Shown here: one piece after another, positions 24,866 through 38,994 of the stretch
Layout: each line of letters begins with the position of its first letter
How positions within the stretch are numbered: the first letter of the stretch is position 1
From: Eledone cirrhosa
Lineage: Eukaryota
NCBI GenBank assembly: GCA_964016885.1
Contig: OZ024751.1
Span: 47,306,001-47,370,000, forward strand
DNA: 64,000 bases
Direction of reading: 5' to 3'
The notes under the pieces: model-generated
What the model was told of the DNA's origin: nothing
Database searches by the model: none
What the model saw: only the letters and a program-made list of their open reading frames with translations
Made by a program: the position numbers and the translations under genes

Positions 24866-26237
24866 AAATCTACAAGAGCAGAAATCCAAAGCTGGTAATT
24901 ATTATATCAATTTGATTAATTAATTAATTAGTTCTTTTTAATGTAGTTATTGTTATGAAAAGGTAAAAAAAAATAAAAGGATAAAAACATAAGGAAAAGA
25001 CTGTAAAAATTCACTTTTTTTTTCATAATTTCTTTCATGTCTTCTTTCATGTCTTCTGGGACATTCTTCAGTATATGCTGTGAAGTAGCTTTGGAAAGGT
25101 ATCCAGCAATAGAAGCCATGTATGTTGCAATTTAATGTGTGAATGTGACGCTGACATCTATTAATTCTCTAAATGTACCAGCATGTAACATGGAAAATAG
25201 ATGTAAAGCAGTGATGATGATGATTATATTAATGACAACAATGATGATGATGTATACACACAAAGCATAATACAACACAATGTATTCAGTGAATGAAAAT
25301 TATTATGAATACATGTAGGAAATTATATTCAGACTGTGACACTCAGGGGGGAAATAAATTTGCATAAAGTTTAATTTAATGAAAAATGAACCAAAAAAAA
25401 AAAAGTGAACTTTAAATATGAAATAATTAAAAAAACAACAAATATGAAATATTTCCCAAATAATAAATATGAAAAATATTTAAATTTAAACAAGAAATAA
25501 AATAAAAAATCATATTTCAATCCTCTGATGAACCATAAAAATATTTCAAGAAAATAACATTGAGTCATATTTCAATGTTTTGTTTTGAAAATGTAATAAA
25601 TATAAAAAAAAACAAAACTATGAGTGAAATTTAGTAGATGGAGATTGTAGAAGACCATTGTGTGTGTGAGTATATATATATATGTGTGTGTGTGTATATA
25701 TATGTGTGTGTGTGTATACATTAGTTAATATCCATTTTCCCCTCATAGCATGGGTTGGGGGTGGTAATCACAGGCTAAGTCAGTACTTAATTGGTGAAAC
25801 TCACCTCAAAGATAGGCTGGAGACAGCATCTCACTTACATATGTTTCTGCACATTACAGAGTGTACTGGGTGCATTTTATCTTGGCACCAGCACTAGGAA
25901 GGTTATCATATCTTTAACAGAACTGAAGAGTTCTTTCAACCTTTTGTGGAAAGTTAGCTAAATCTAGATGCCCTTTCTATCGCCAGTCACTTTACAGAGT
26001 GCACTGGGTGCATTTTATCCAGACACCAATATTAGGGAGGTTGTCATACCTTTGTCACAGCTGAAGACTCCTCCTGACCCTTATTTTGGCAGGGTTTTGG
26101 TGGATGTATATTTATGTGTGTGCCTGTTAACATTTATACCTGTACTTATGTTCCATAACTTAGTGCAGGGTACTCAAACCTTTTCAGACATGGAACCTTC
26201 TTTGGTTCAGAAACTTTTGGTGGAACCCCAAAGTCTA

Positions 26238-26826
26238 ATACTGTTATATGGTCATAATATATATATATATACACCCCTCTACTGTTATATGGTAGTAATA
26301 TATATATATACCCCGCTACTATTATATGGTAGTAATATATATATACCTCTCTACTGTTATATGGTAGTAATATATATATATATACCCCTCTACTGTTATA
26401 TGGTAGTAATATATATATATATATATACCCCTCTACTGTTATATGGTAGTAATATATATATATATATATACCCCTCTACTGTTATATGGTAGTAATATAT
26501 ATATATATATATATATACCCCTCTACTGTTATATGGTCATAATATATATATATACCCCTCTACTGTTATATGGTCATAATATATATATATGTACCTCTAC
26601 TGTTATATGGTCATAATATATATATATGTACCTCTACTGTTATATGGTCATAATATATATATATACCTCTACTGTTATATGGTAGTAATATATATATATA
26701 TATATACCCCTCTACTGTTATATGGTAGTAATATATATATATATATATATACACCCCTCTACTGTTATATGGTAGTAATATATATATATACCCCGCTACT
26801 ATTATATGGTAGTAATATATATATAC
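26238..26826. repeat. ~38-46-bp minisatellite inside the hAT MITE
   Basis: cccctctactgttatatggtagtaa(ta)n. Confidence 0.95.
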
Positions 26827-29074
26827 CAAAAACGTGAGGTGTTCAGGATTGCCAGGCAATGCGTCAAGGAAAACCGTGATATTGTCGGGGAGAAGTGTGT
26901 ACTTAACGATGATGGCATACTTGCCATCACCGACACTGATAAGAAGGTAGCTTGGAAGTGTCACTATGAAAGGCTACTAAATGAGGAGAATAAATGGGAG
27001 AAAGACAGTCTCCCCCTTATCGACCCGATAGAGGGACCAGCAGTGTTAGTCGAGGGGAGTATAATAAGTAAGGCAATCAAGGATATGAAGACTGGTAAGG
27101 CGGCTGGGCCTTCGGAAATAGTTGCTGAGATGCTGAAGGCATCTGGCACGGTGGGACACACCATGGTCACCCGGATAGTTAACCAAGTCGTACAGAATGG
27201 GGTTGTTCCGAAGGACTGGCATAGCAGCATCATCGTTAACTGTTATAAGGGTAAAGGAGACGCCCTAGATAGGAGTAACTATAGAGGCATTAAATTAATC
27301 GACCAGGTCATGAAGGTCACGGAAAAAGTAATAGCGCAACTAATCAGAGAGAGAATTGATCTAGATGAAATGCAGTTCGGGTTTGTGTCAGGCAAAAGCA
27401 CCACAGACGCTCTTTTCATAGTACGACAACTACAGGAGAAGTACCTAGCTAAAGGTAAACCCCTCTACTTAGCTTTTGTCGACCTGGAGAAAGCCTTCGA
27501 CAGAGTCCCCCGCTCCATTATCTGGTGGGCTCTTAGAAAACTAGGCGTTGACGAATGGCTTGTGAGGGCTATACAAGCCATGTATAAAGAAACAGTCAGC
27601 AAGGTTAGAATTAACAACGAATATAGTGAAGAGTTTAGCGTAAAAGTTGGCGTCCATCAGGGCTCTGTTCTCAGCCCCCTACTATTTATTATTGCCCTTC
27701 AGGCTATAACAGAGGAGTTCAAGACAGGCTGCCCATGGGAACTCCTATACGCAGACGACCTGACACTCATAGCGGAATCAATGGCCGAGCTAGAGAAGAA
27801 ATTCCAAACATGGAAGCACGGCCTAGAGTCAAAAGGACTTAAAATTAACCTGGCTAAGACCAAAGTTCTAGTTTGTAGGAAAGAAAACAAGGCGGCGGTC
27901 CCTTCTGGGAAATGGTCGTGCTCGGTATGTAGGAAAGGCGTAGGTAGAAACTCCATCTTATGTCCTAAATGCAAAGTATGGGTGCATAAAAGATGTAGTG
28001 GGATCACAGGTAAGCTAACTAAGAACATAGACTTTACATGTGGCCGGTGTTCTGGTGCAATAAGTAGCAGCAAGTGCCCACAAAATACTAGCTCTTTCAA
28101 TTGCGCAGAGGGTTCTATAGAAATAGTGGACAGCTTCCGTTACCTGGGCGATAAAATCAGCAGTGGGGGAGGGTGCTCTGAAAGTACTGTAGCTAGAGTC
28201 AGAACTGGTTGGAAAAAGTTCAGAGAGCTTATACCACTATTAGCTGCTAAAGGGTTCTCCCTAAAAATGAAAGGCAGGTTGTACGATGCCTGCATACGAA
28301 CAGCAATGTTGCATGGTAGTGAGACCTGGGCATTGTGTGCAGAGGATATACGCAGACTAGAGAGGAACGAAGCTTGCATGCTCCGCTGGATGTGTAACAG
28401 TAATATACGTGAACGGCAAAGCATAAACGAACTAAGGAAAAAATTAGAGATAAGAGGGATCAGATGTTGTTTACTCGAGAGAAGGCTGCGTTGGTATGGA
28501 CACGTGATGCGCATGAAAGTCGATAGCTGTATTACAAAGTGCAGGGCAATAAAGATAGACGGTAGCCACGGAATAGGCAGACCTAGAAAAACATGGGATG
28601 AGCTGATAAACTCCGACCTCACACACTTACACCTCTCCAAGACAATGTCACTGGACCGTGACCTTTGGCGGTACTCAGTAACAGAGAAGACCCGCCTTGC
28701 CAGTAGGCATCTCTAACAAAATACACCCCGTCCCGCCACCACCCCCACCCCATCCACACCACCCCGTTCTATGTAAAGTTATGTTGGTGCCGCGCCATCC
28801 AGGCCGAAACAAATGAGATCGTGTAGGTGTCACGACAAAAAAAACACACAGTCCACGCTGTAATGTGGCCGTGTAGGCAACACGGTAAAAACCTCCCAGA
28901 CCCACACTGTAAATGTGGTTGGTGTTAGGAAGGGCATCCAACTGTAGAAAACCTGCCAGACAGTCCTATGCGAGCAAGACAATCACTCTTGCCTCAAGTG
29001 GGACTACCCCCGTCCAAACCCATGCAAGCGTGGAACACGGACGTTAAACGTTGATGATGATGATGATGATGATG
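26827..29074 (+). mobile_element. 5'-truncated copy of the same RTE LINE
   Basis: Protein identical to the C-terminal part of 1242-4520, same 3'UTR and (GAT)n tail; candidate TSD ATATAC at 26821-26826 and 29075-29080. Confidence 0.96.
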
Positions 29075-29465
29075 ATATACTCCTCTACCCTTTCTTCACG
29101 GAATCCCCAGACACTTCTTTACGGAACCCTTGGGTTCTGTGGAACTCAGTTTGGGAACCTCTAACTTAGTGGTTTGACTAAAAGAGATTGATAAAATGAT
29201 AATGTCTTTTTTCAAAATGTTTTCTTTTGTTTTCTTTTAACAGCTTCCCGGTTCATCTGTGAATGTCCTCAGATACATGCAGTGCTGTTCATCCTCCTGG
29301 CTAAACTACATGATATGTTTGGTATTTGGAAAGGTTTACAACCCAGGAACTATCTTGTGTTTAGAAACTCTTCATCCAAACTACATGACCCATGGAATCT
29401 GGTTTAGGTGTTTTTTTTTTTTGTCCTTTGTTTTCATTTTTTAGTTATTTCACCATTCATAAAGC

Positions 29466-29499
<34 letters not shown>

Positions 29500-29502
<3 letters not shown>

Positions 29503-29680
29503 GGTGTGGTGAATTGACAGTATTGGTAGAGGGTCTGACATGCTTTCCAGCATAGTTACGTCCCTTTACGATCTGAGTTCAAATCCCGCCGAGGTTAACT
29601 TTGCCTTTCATCCTTACGGGGTCGATAAAATAAAGTAAATGCACTGGGTAATTGCTGGCCTTGTGCCAAAAGTAGAAACA

Positions 29681-29713
<33 letters not shown>

Positions 29714-31160
29714 GGCAGTATCAGTAGAGAGTCGGACTCCATGCTTTGACGCAAAGAGTTACAACCCTTTACAATCTGAGATTAAATCGCGCCGAGGTTA
29801 ACTTTGCCTTTCATCCTTACGGGGTCGATAAAATAAAGTACCAGTAATGCACTGGGTAATTGCTGGCCTTGTGCCTAAAGTAGAAACAATTACTATTATT
29901 GGTGTGGATTGGCAGTATCAGTAGAGCATTTGACAACATGCTTTGTGGCATAGAGTTATGGCCCTTTACGTTCTGAGTTTAAATCCCATCGAGGTTAGCT
30001 TTGCCTTTTATCAATACAGGGGGTCGATAAAATAAAGTACCAGTAATGCACTGGGGTCGATTTAATTGGCTTTCTCCTCTTCCAAAATTGTTGGCCCTGT
30101 GCCTAAATCAGAAACCATTATTATTAATGTTACTACTACTACTACTACTACTACTACTACCAGAACTATGGCAGTGACTTGGCAGAATTGTTAGTCTTGG
30201 AGAAAATGCCTCACAGTATTTTGTATTGGCTCCTTTCATTCAAAGTTCAAATCCTGCTGAAGTCCACTTTGCTGTTTGTCATTCCGGTGTTTATAAAGTA
30301 CCAGTGGTATACTGAGTATATTTTATTGACTAATCCTTTACCCCCCACATTTATGGTCTTGTACTTATGTTAGAAATTATTATTGTTAGGCAGTATCGGT
30401 AGAGCATCAGACACCAGGTTTTGCAGCATAGAGTTATGGCCCTTTACGTTCTGAGTTCAAATCCCGCCGAGGTTTACTTTGCCTTTCATCCTTATGGGGT
30501 CGATGAAATACAGCACCAGTAATGTACTGGGGGTAATTGCTGGCCTTGTGCCAAAAGTAGAAACATTGTTATTACTATTGAATTATTAGGGCATTGGATA
30601 AAATGCCTTGCATTATTTGTTCGGGCTCTTTACATACTGAGTTCAAGTCCCATTGAGGTCAACTTTGCCTTTCACCCTTCCAGGGTCAATAAAATTTGAT
30701 GGACGTTTTTCCCCTCTTCCCTCAAATTTCGGGCCTTGTGCTTAAACTAGAAGCCATTATTATTGATAGATAGGCAGAGTGTCGGAAAAATACTTTGTGG
30801 TATTTATTTCAGCTCTTTGTTCGAATCCTTCAGGAGTGGAGGGGGTTTCTATAAAATAATGTACCAGTTAAATACTGGGGTAGATTTAATTGCCCAATCA
30901 TTCTTCCTCAAATTTTTGGTCTTGTGCCTATGACAGTAATTGGCAGAATCATTAGGATATCAAACAAAATGTTATGCAGTAATTGTACCTGCTGTTTATG
31001 TTTGAAAATGAAATCTTTTTGAGGGCAACTTTACCTTTCATCTTTCCAGGTGCAATAAAATGAAGTACCAGTCATATACTGGGATTGATATAATCAACTA
31101 CAGCTGTCCCTCTCCCAAATTTCTGGCTTAGTGCTTATGTAAGAAACCATCGTTATTATT

Positions 31161-31192
<32 letters not shown>

Positions 31193-31230
31193 TATCATAA
31201 TATAGTGGCCTTGTGCCAAATTCAGAAATC
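29500..31230 (+). mobile_element. Head-to-tail cluster of about eight family-2 SINEs
   Basis: Repeated head/body/tail units of varying divergence separated by (ATT)n. Confidence 0.85.
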
Positions 31231-31429
31231 ATGAACATCTTGTAGATAACCTTTATGTGGTCCTTTGACCTTCTAGAAATAGTAGCTAAGTCGTCCCCCA
31301 TGTCACTACCATTTTAAAAATGGAAGTTTATATTGAATAATATAGTCCTCAATAAAACACTATGTCCGAGTAAAACACATGATGGTCAAGACTGCTATGT
31401 TTTAGAATATATGTCTTCTGGGCAGACCT

Positions 31430-32740
31430 TGTGGTCCAGATGCAATGTTTTAGAATATATGTCTTCTAAATCAGGGCAGACCTAGTGGTCAAGATGCAAT
31501 GTTTTAGAATATGTCTTCTGCTCAGACCTTATGGTCAAGACTGCAATACTTTCGAATATATGTCTTCTAAATCAGAGCAGACCTTGTGGTCAAGACTGCA
31601 ATGTTTTAGAACATATGTCTTCTAAATCAGGGCAGACCTTATGTTCAAGACTGCAATGTTTTAGAATATATGTCTTCTAAATCAAGGCAGACCTTATGTT
31701 CAAGACTGCAATGTTTTAGAATATATGTCTTCTAAATCAAGGCAGACCTTATGTTCAAGACTGCAATGTTTTAGAATATATGTCTTCTAAATCAGGGCAG
31801 ACCTTATGTTCAAGACTGCAATGTTTTAGAATATATGTCTTCTAAATCAGGGCAGACCTTATGTTCAAGACTGCAATGTTTTAGAATATATATCTTCTAA
31901 ATCAGGGCAGACCTTATGTTCAAGACTGCAATGTTTTAGAACATATGTCTTCTAAATCAGGGCAGACCTTATGTTCAAGACTGCAATGTTTTAGAATATA
32001 TGTCTTCTAAATCAAGGCAGACCTTATGTTCAAGACTGCAATGTTTTAGAATATATATCTTCTAAATCAGGGCAGACCTTATGTTCAAGACTGCAATGTT
32101 TTAGAACATATGTCTTCTAAATCAGGGCAGACCTTATGTTCAAGACTGCAATGTTTTAGAATATATGTCTTCTAAATCAGGGCAGACCTTATGTTCAAGA
32201 CTGCAATGTTTTAGAATATATGTCTTCTAAATCAAGGCAGACCTTATGTTCAAGACTGCAATGTTTTAGAATATATATCTTCTAAATCAAGGCAGACCTT
32301 ATGTTCAAGACTGCAATGTTTTAGAATATATGTCTTCTAAATCAGGGCAGACCTTATGTTCAAGACTGCAATGTTTTAGAATATATGTCTTCTAAATCAG
32401 GGCAGACCTTATGTTCAAGACTGCAATGTTTTAGAATATATATCTTCTAAATCAGGGCAGACCTTATGTTCAAGACTGCAATGTTTTAGAATATATATCT
32501 TCTAAATCAGGGCAGACCTTATGGTCAAGACTGCAATGTTTTAGAATATATATCTTCTAAATCAGGGCAGACCTTATGGTCAAGACTGCAATGTTTTAGA
32601 ATATATATCTTCTAAATCAGGGCAGACCTTATGGTCAAGACTGCAATGTTTTAGAATATATATCTTCTAAATCAGGGCAGACCTTATGGTCAAGACTGCA
32701 ATGTTTTAGAATATATGTCTTCTAAATCAGGCAGACCTAG
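31430..32740. repeat. 50-bp tandem repeat
   Basis: caagactgcaatgttttagaatatatgtcttctaaatcagggcagaccttatgtt-type units. Confidence 0.95.
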
Positions 32741-33697
32741 ATATCTGGTATTTTTAATTATTTATTTTTCTGAAGCAAGATTGATATGTAGAATTATTCA
32801 TTGATTCTGCTTTGATATCCTAAAACATCCATTGTTTCTGTAATGGGCATTGCTAAAATGTTTCTTGTTTGTGTATCATTAGAATATTTCTTCTGTTAGA
32901 ACACAATTATATACTACCATATAATTGTACTAGGACTATCTTTAAATATCTGTTTTGACACTACTGTGCTAAATTTTGATGTTGCCCTATCCTCAAAGCT
33001 TCCATGTTGCACTGTTATGCTATATGTTTGCTCTGTTATCAGTGACATATCACCGATATATCCCCCCTCCCACGTTTCACCTATCACCAATACATGCCCA
33101 CGTTTTTACCTCAGGGAACGGAACTATGTATTAATGCATGATTGTATTGCTTAGTCTATTGAACTTTGACATAGAAACACCTGTCCCTTATTTCTACTCA
33201 GTTGCAAGTGGTCTAATTTACTGTCAGCTCAGATGGCAGACATAGTCTGTTGCCTGGTTTAACACTAGTGTCTGACTCTTGTATACTTTTAACAGAATCC
33301 ACTGTTGCAGCCGTCTGGGTTAGGTTTCAACTCTGAGAATTACCTCATTCATTTAACCCAAAAGATCATGTTCATTGCCCTTCATCTTGTAAATCACTAA
33401 AAAATAAAAATAAACTGAAGATACAGCAAACCATGTGGTCCTGCTAAATTTGGATATCACTGCTTGTATATTCCGACATCTCTCTGTTACTTCCTGAGTC
33501 TAGTTGCTGTGTGACCTGTGCAAAGCTATTTTTTTTTTTTTTTTGAGTTTGTTAAACTTGGTTCATCAACATATATAATTCCATGTTTCTGCTCAGACAC
33601 AACATTATTAGACCAGGATCTAACTTAAAAACCGTCACTCAGACAACTCATATGAAATCTTGTATTTCTTATTCTGAGACACTACTGTTATTATTAA

Positions 33698-34159
33698 CCC
33701 TTTTGTTACCATATTCCTAAGGGAAGACTGTTTATAATTTTCAAATTACTTAAAAATAATCAAGAACTTGGAAAGATTTAGTAATATAACTAACTTTCTT
33801 ATTATTAAGTTGGTGTTTGTAACATAAATTAACAAAGATTCTTACATAAAATTATGGTGAAAGGTTTTTAGATAAATACAAACAGTTTAAAATAAACAGC
33901 TTTGTATCACAGAACCAGATGTGTTTGGAACATAACTTAAGAAAATTTCTTACATAAAATTATGGGTGAAAGGTGTTTTTTAGATAAATACAGTTTAAAA
34001 TAAACAGCTTTGTATCATAGAACCAGGAGTGTTTGGAACATAACTTAAGAAATGTTCTTACATAAAATTATGGTGAAAGGTTTTTAGATAAATATACACA
34101 ATTTAAAATAAACAGTTTTGTATAAGGGGTGGTTTCAGGTGTTTTGGTATCAAAAAGGG
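33698..34159. mobile_element. Third TTAA MITE with internal ~115-bp triplication
   Basis: TTAA|CCCTTTTGTTACC...GGTATCAAAAAGGG|TTAA; diverged relative near 45860-46110. Confidence 0.8.
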
Positions 34160-35199
34160 TTAATACAGAAATTTTACTGAGTACTGATAACTCATATGAC
34201 AGTACTCAATACACAGCAAAGCTCAGACATCAGTACAAAGTACATTATCTTGTGTTTTCTGTTCAAACTGTATCAATTCAGGTGTCTGGAAATTATTATT
34301 TTTTGTTTTTTTTTGTTTCTTGCTCAATTTCGTATACTTGGACACCCTCAAATTGGTCCATATTCACGCTCAATTTGTTTTGGTTAAAAATCTATCTGAA
34401 AACTTCTAAATTACTTTATTTCACTGCTCAGTTCGGTTTAAAGAAAAACAAAAAAGCAAACAAAAAAACAACAAAACACCCTCGGACATCTCTTTAAAAA
34501 AAAGGAAAAATATTGATTAAAAAAAATTCAATAAGAGATTGTTTTGAAAATTTTATTTTTATTTATTTATTATTTTGTTAAATAAATTTCGAAATTTTAT
34601 TTTTATTTACTTATTTTTATCAAAATAAAGAATTAAAAATTTTATTTGGTTTGAAAACAGTTAATGAAAGAAGAATGAAATTTAAATAAAAAAATATATT
34701 TAAAAAAGACATTAAAAAATATATATGCTTCTCAGAAAACAACAATAATTATAATCTTTTATGTTCTGTATTGAATTAACAAATCTGCTCTTTAAGCTTC
34801 TTACAAATCTGTGATGATGAATCTTGAATTTTATTTGGGTCAACTTTGCCTGGGTTTATAAAGTACCAGGAATATACTGAGGGAGGGGGGAGGATATTTC
34901 TAATGATTAAACATTTTTTCCCCTTTTTCCTACATATTTCTTTGGTTTTGTGTTATTATTATTATTTTTACTAAATCCTTGTGGTATTTGTTCCAACCTT
35001 TCACCTTCTGAGTTCATATACCCACTGCTGTCAACTTCACCTTTTATTTCCATCCTTAAAGTACCAGTCAAATACTGGGGTTGATATTATTGACTAAAAA
35101 CCATCCCCCAATTTTGAGGCTTGGCACATATGTAGAGAAACATTATTATTAAAGTGTGTGTTAAGTTAAAATTTTGCATATCTTTGTCTAAGGTCAGTA

Positions 35200-35530
35200 A
35201 AATATCTTCTTCTCTACATCTGTTACCAGTGCCATAATGAAGTTCATCCATCAGCTCACACTGTCCAGTATTGCCTTCTGAATTTCCCCTGTCTCCAACC
35301 CAATGTCATATTCACCAACATCCTTCAGTGTGATGGCTGGTCTCCCAACTCATCTGTATACATCAGGTTTACAGAAAAGAATTCTGCCAGCAGATTCATT
35401 GTAATGTTTCACATGTCTGGCTAACGCGAGCCTCCTGTTCCTTGTGATGTCAGAAAGGCAAAGGTGTGAACCGTAGAGGGATTTATTTGCTGTATCTGTT
35501 ATCCAGAATATGTTCTGGATATTTCTCACC
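35200..35530 (-). mobile_element. Degraded RTE-like LINE 3' fragment
   Basis: NKSLYG...RRLALARHV resembles the 62.8 kb family; contains stops. Confidence 0.6.
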
Positions 35531-35889
35531 ATTTGCATGAATATCAATTAATCTTCTGAAATATATGGCAGTTAAATACTGGGGAATTATGCACAGCACA
35601 TCATGTTTAAATCATCATCATCTTTATCATGAATATCCATTAATCCTCTGAAATATATGGCAGTTTAATACAGCACATCAGATGTTTAAATCATCATCTT
35701 TATCATTGTCATTGTATGTCCATCATTTCATGCTTGTATGGGTTGGATAGGTCTTTCTCAGTACAGCATATCTCCACTTATGTTCCTTTCATATAGCTTT
35801 CACTATAGTTTATAAGTCTCACTGTAAAATTTGCATTAAATGTAAAAAAAGATTACTCTCTTCATACAGTTTAGAATTGACACACCATG

Positions 35890-38200
35890 TACCCAGTTTA
35901 GAATAGGTACCCACCTGTATCCAGTTTAGAATAGGTACCCACCTGTATCCAGTTTAGAATAGACACACTGTGTATCCAGTTTAGAATAGGTACCCACCTG
36001 TATCCAGTTTAGAATAGACACACTGTGTATCCAGTTTAGAATAGGTACCCACCTGTATCCAGTTTAAAATAGGTACCCACCTGTATCCAGTTTAGAATAG
36101 ACACACTGTGTATCCAGTTTAGAATAGGTACCCACCTGTATCCAGTTTAGAATAGACACACTGTGTATCCAGTTTAGAATAGGTACCCACCTGTATCCAG
36201 TTTAGAATAGACACACTGTGTATCCAGTTTAGAATAGGTACCCACCTGTATCCAGTTTAAAATAGGTACCCACCTGTATCCAGTTTAGAATAGACACACT
36301 GTGTATCCAGTTTAGAATAGGTACCCACCTGTATCCAGTTTAGAATAGACACACTGTGTATCCAGTTTAGAATAGGTACCCACCTGTATCCAGTTTAGAA
36401 TAGACACACTGTGTATCCAGTTTAGAATAGGTACCCACCTGTATCCAGTTTAAAATAGGTACCCACCTGTATCCAGTTTAGAATAGACACACTGTGTATC
36501 CAGTTTAGAATAGGTACCCACCTGTATCCAGTTTAGAATAGACACACTGTGTATCCAGTTTAGAATAGGTACCCACCTGTATCCAGTTTAGAATAGACAC
36601 ACTGTGTATCCAGTTTAGAATAAGTACCCACCTGTATCCAGTTTAGAATAGGTACCCACCTGTATCCAGTTTAGAATAGACACACTGTGTATCCAGTTTA
36701 GAATAGGTACCCACCTGTATCCAGTTTAGAATAGGTACCCACCTGTATCCAGTTTAGAATAGACACACTGTGTATCCAGTTTAGAATAGGTACCCACCTG
36801 TATCCAGTTTAGAATAGACACACTGTGTATCCAGTTTAGAATAGGTACCCACCTGTATCCAGTTTAAAATAGGTACCCACCTGTATCCAGTTTAGAATAG
36901 ACACACTGTGTATCCAGTTTAGAATAGGTACCCACCTGTATCCAGTTTAGAATAGACACACTGTGTATCCAGTTTAGAATAGGTACCCACCTGTATCCAG
37001 TTTAGAATAGACACACTGTGTATCCAGTTTAGAATAGGTACCCACCTGTATCCAGTTTAAAATAGGTACCCACCTGTATCCAGTTTAGAATAGACACACT
37101 GTGTATCCAGTTTAGAATAGGTACCCACCTGTATCCAGTTTAGAATAGACACACTGTGTATCCAGTTTAGAATAGGTACCCACCTGTATCCAGTTTAGAA
37201 TAGACACACTGTGTATCCAGTTTAGAATAAGTACCCACCTGTATCCAGTTTAGAATAGGTACCCACCTGTATCCAGTTTAGAATAGACACACTGTGTATC
37301 CAGTTTAGAATAGGTACCCACCTGTATCCAGTTTAGAATAGGTACCCACCTGTATCCAGTTTAGAATAGACACACTGTGTATCCAGTTTAGAATAGACAC
37401 ACTGTGTATCCAGTTTAGAATAGGTACCCACCTGTATCCAGTTTAAAATAGGTACCCACCTGTATCCAGTTTAGAATAGACACACTGTGTATCCAGTTTA
37501 GAATAGGTACCCACCTGTATCCAGTTTAGAATAGACACACTGTGTATCCAGTTTAGAATAGGTACCCACCTGTATCCAGTTTAGAATAGACACACTGTGT
37601 ATCCAGTTTAGAATAGGTACCCACCTGTATCCAGTTTAAAATAGGTACCCACCTGTATCCAGTTTAGAATAGACACACTGTGTATCCAGTTTAGAATAGG
37701 TACCCACCTGTATCCAGTTTAGAATAGACACACTGTGTATCCAGTTTAGAATAGGTACCCACCTGTATCCAGTTTAGAATAGACACACTGTGTATCCAGT
37801 TTAGAATAAGTACCCACCTGTATCCAGTTTAGAATAGACACACTGTGTATCCAGTTTAGAATAGGTACCCACCTGTATCCAGTTTAGAATAGACACACTG
37901 TGTATCCAGTTTAGAATAGGTACCCACCTGTATCCAGTTTAAAATAGGTACCCACCTGTATCCAGTTTAGAATAGACACACTGTGTATCCAGTTTAGAAT
38001 AGGTACCCACCTGTATCCAGTTTAGAATAGACACACTGTGTATCCAGTTTAGAATAGGTACCCACCTGTATCCAGTTTAGAATAGACACACTGTGTATCC
38101 AGTTTAGAATAAGTACCCACCTGTATCCAGTTTAGAATAGGTACCCACCTGTACCCAGTTTAGAATAGGTACCCACCTGTATCCAGTTTAGAATAGGTAC
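35890..38200. repeat. 28/27-bp satellite with higher-order structure
   Basis: A=ccagtttagaataggtacccacctgtat, B=ccagtttagaatagacacactgtgtat. Confidence 0.95.
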
Positions 38201-38315
38201 ACTTCATCTCTGTATATTGTACAAGGCATCTAAAAGAGTTGGCACCATTAAATGAGGAGATCTGTAGCTATATTCTTTTTTTGTATGGGCCCGTAACTCC
38301 TGATGGAGTTGTTGG

Positions 38316-38400
38316 GCTCCATCAGGATTAAAAATGCCATAAGATACACCATACATTAATGTATGGTGTATCTTATGGCATTTTTAATCCTGATGGAGCC
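38316..38400. repeat. Perfect ~84-bp palindrome next to a SINE-like fragment
   Basis: Centre 'cattaatg'; the flank at 38440-38560 resembles 22310-22430. Confidence 0.85.
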
Positions 38401-38994
38401 CATCCCATCCCCCTCTCTAGGCCTGAGTACAGCAAAAGAGGGGAGGCTGGTATACATGGGCGACAGCTGGTCTTCCATAAACAAACTTGTCTGGACTTGT
38501 CCCTTGGAGGGGTTACTTTCTAGGTACAAATCTCATGGTCATTCGTGACCGAAGGAGGTCTTTACACTAGTTAAGAAGAGAAGAAAAATACAAGAAATGA
38601 CTTTTACCTCATATTTTAGTAAGTTGTATTATTCCCACTGAGGGTCATTATTGCAGAAATAAAGTTGTGCTCAGCATTCTGTTGAGGGAATTCAAAACAA
38701 TTTCCAACAGAAGCACTTAGAGAGAATGTAATTAATCTATGCTACTAATTAGCAATATAATTAGTATTTTATAAAATTATTTACTTTATATATCAAAATA
38801 GCAAATTACTATTATACTTAGCGAAAAACGTGTGATTTCATTTACACCAGCTTCTTTATAAATGTATCCCTTGTGTGACATTAGGACCTCACCCACATAC
38901 ATATATACCTCCCACTCTCACCAAGCGTGAAACTAATAACATCATGTACCATTTACTCCTGCATTTGTTTATTTGTTATTTCGAACTATATATA

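Larger units (their letters stand above)
26166..29163. mobile_element. hAT-type MITE hosting a minisatellite and the LINE copy
   Basis: 8-bp TSD ACTTAGTG (26158-65, 29164-71); imperfect TIRs CAGGGTACTCAAAC / GTTTGGGAACCTCTA. Confidence 0.8.

Noticed and set aside
35890-38200. CRISPR-like constant repeat with inserts
   Set aside because: Only two recurring inserts, no unique spacers, no cas genes, eukaryotic context
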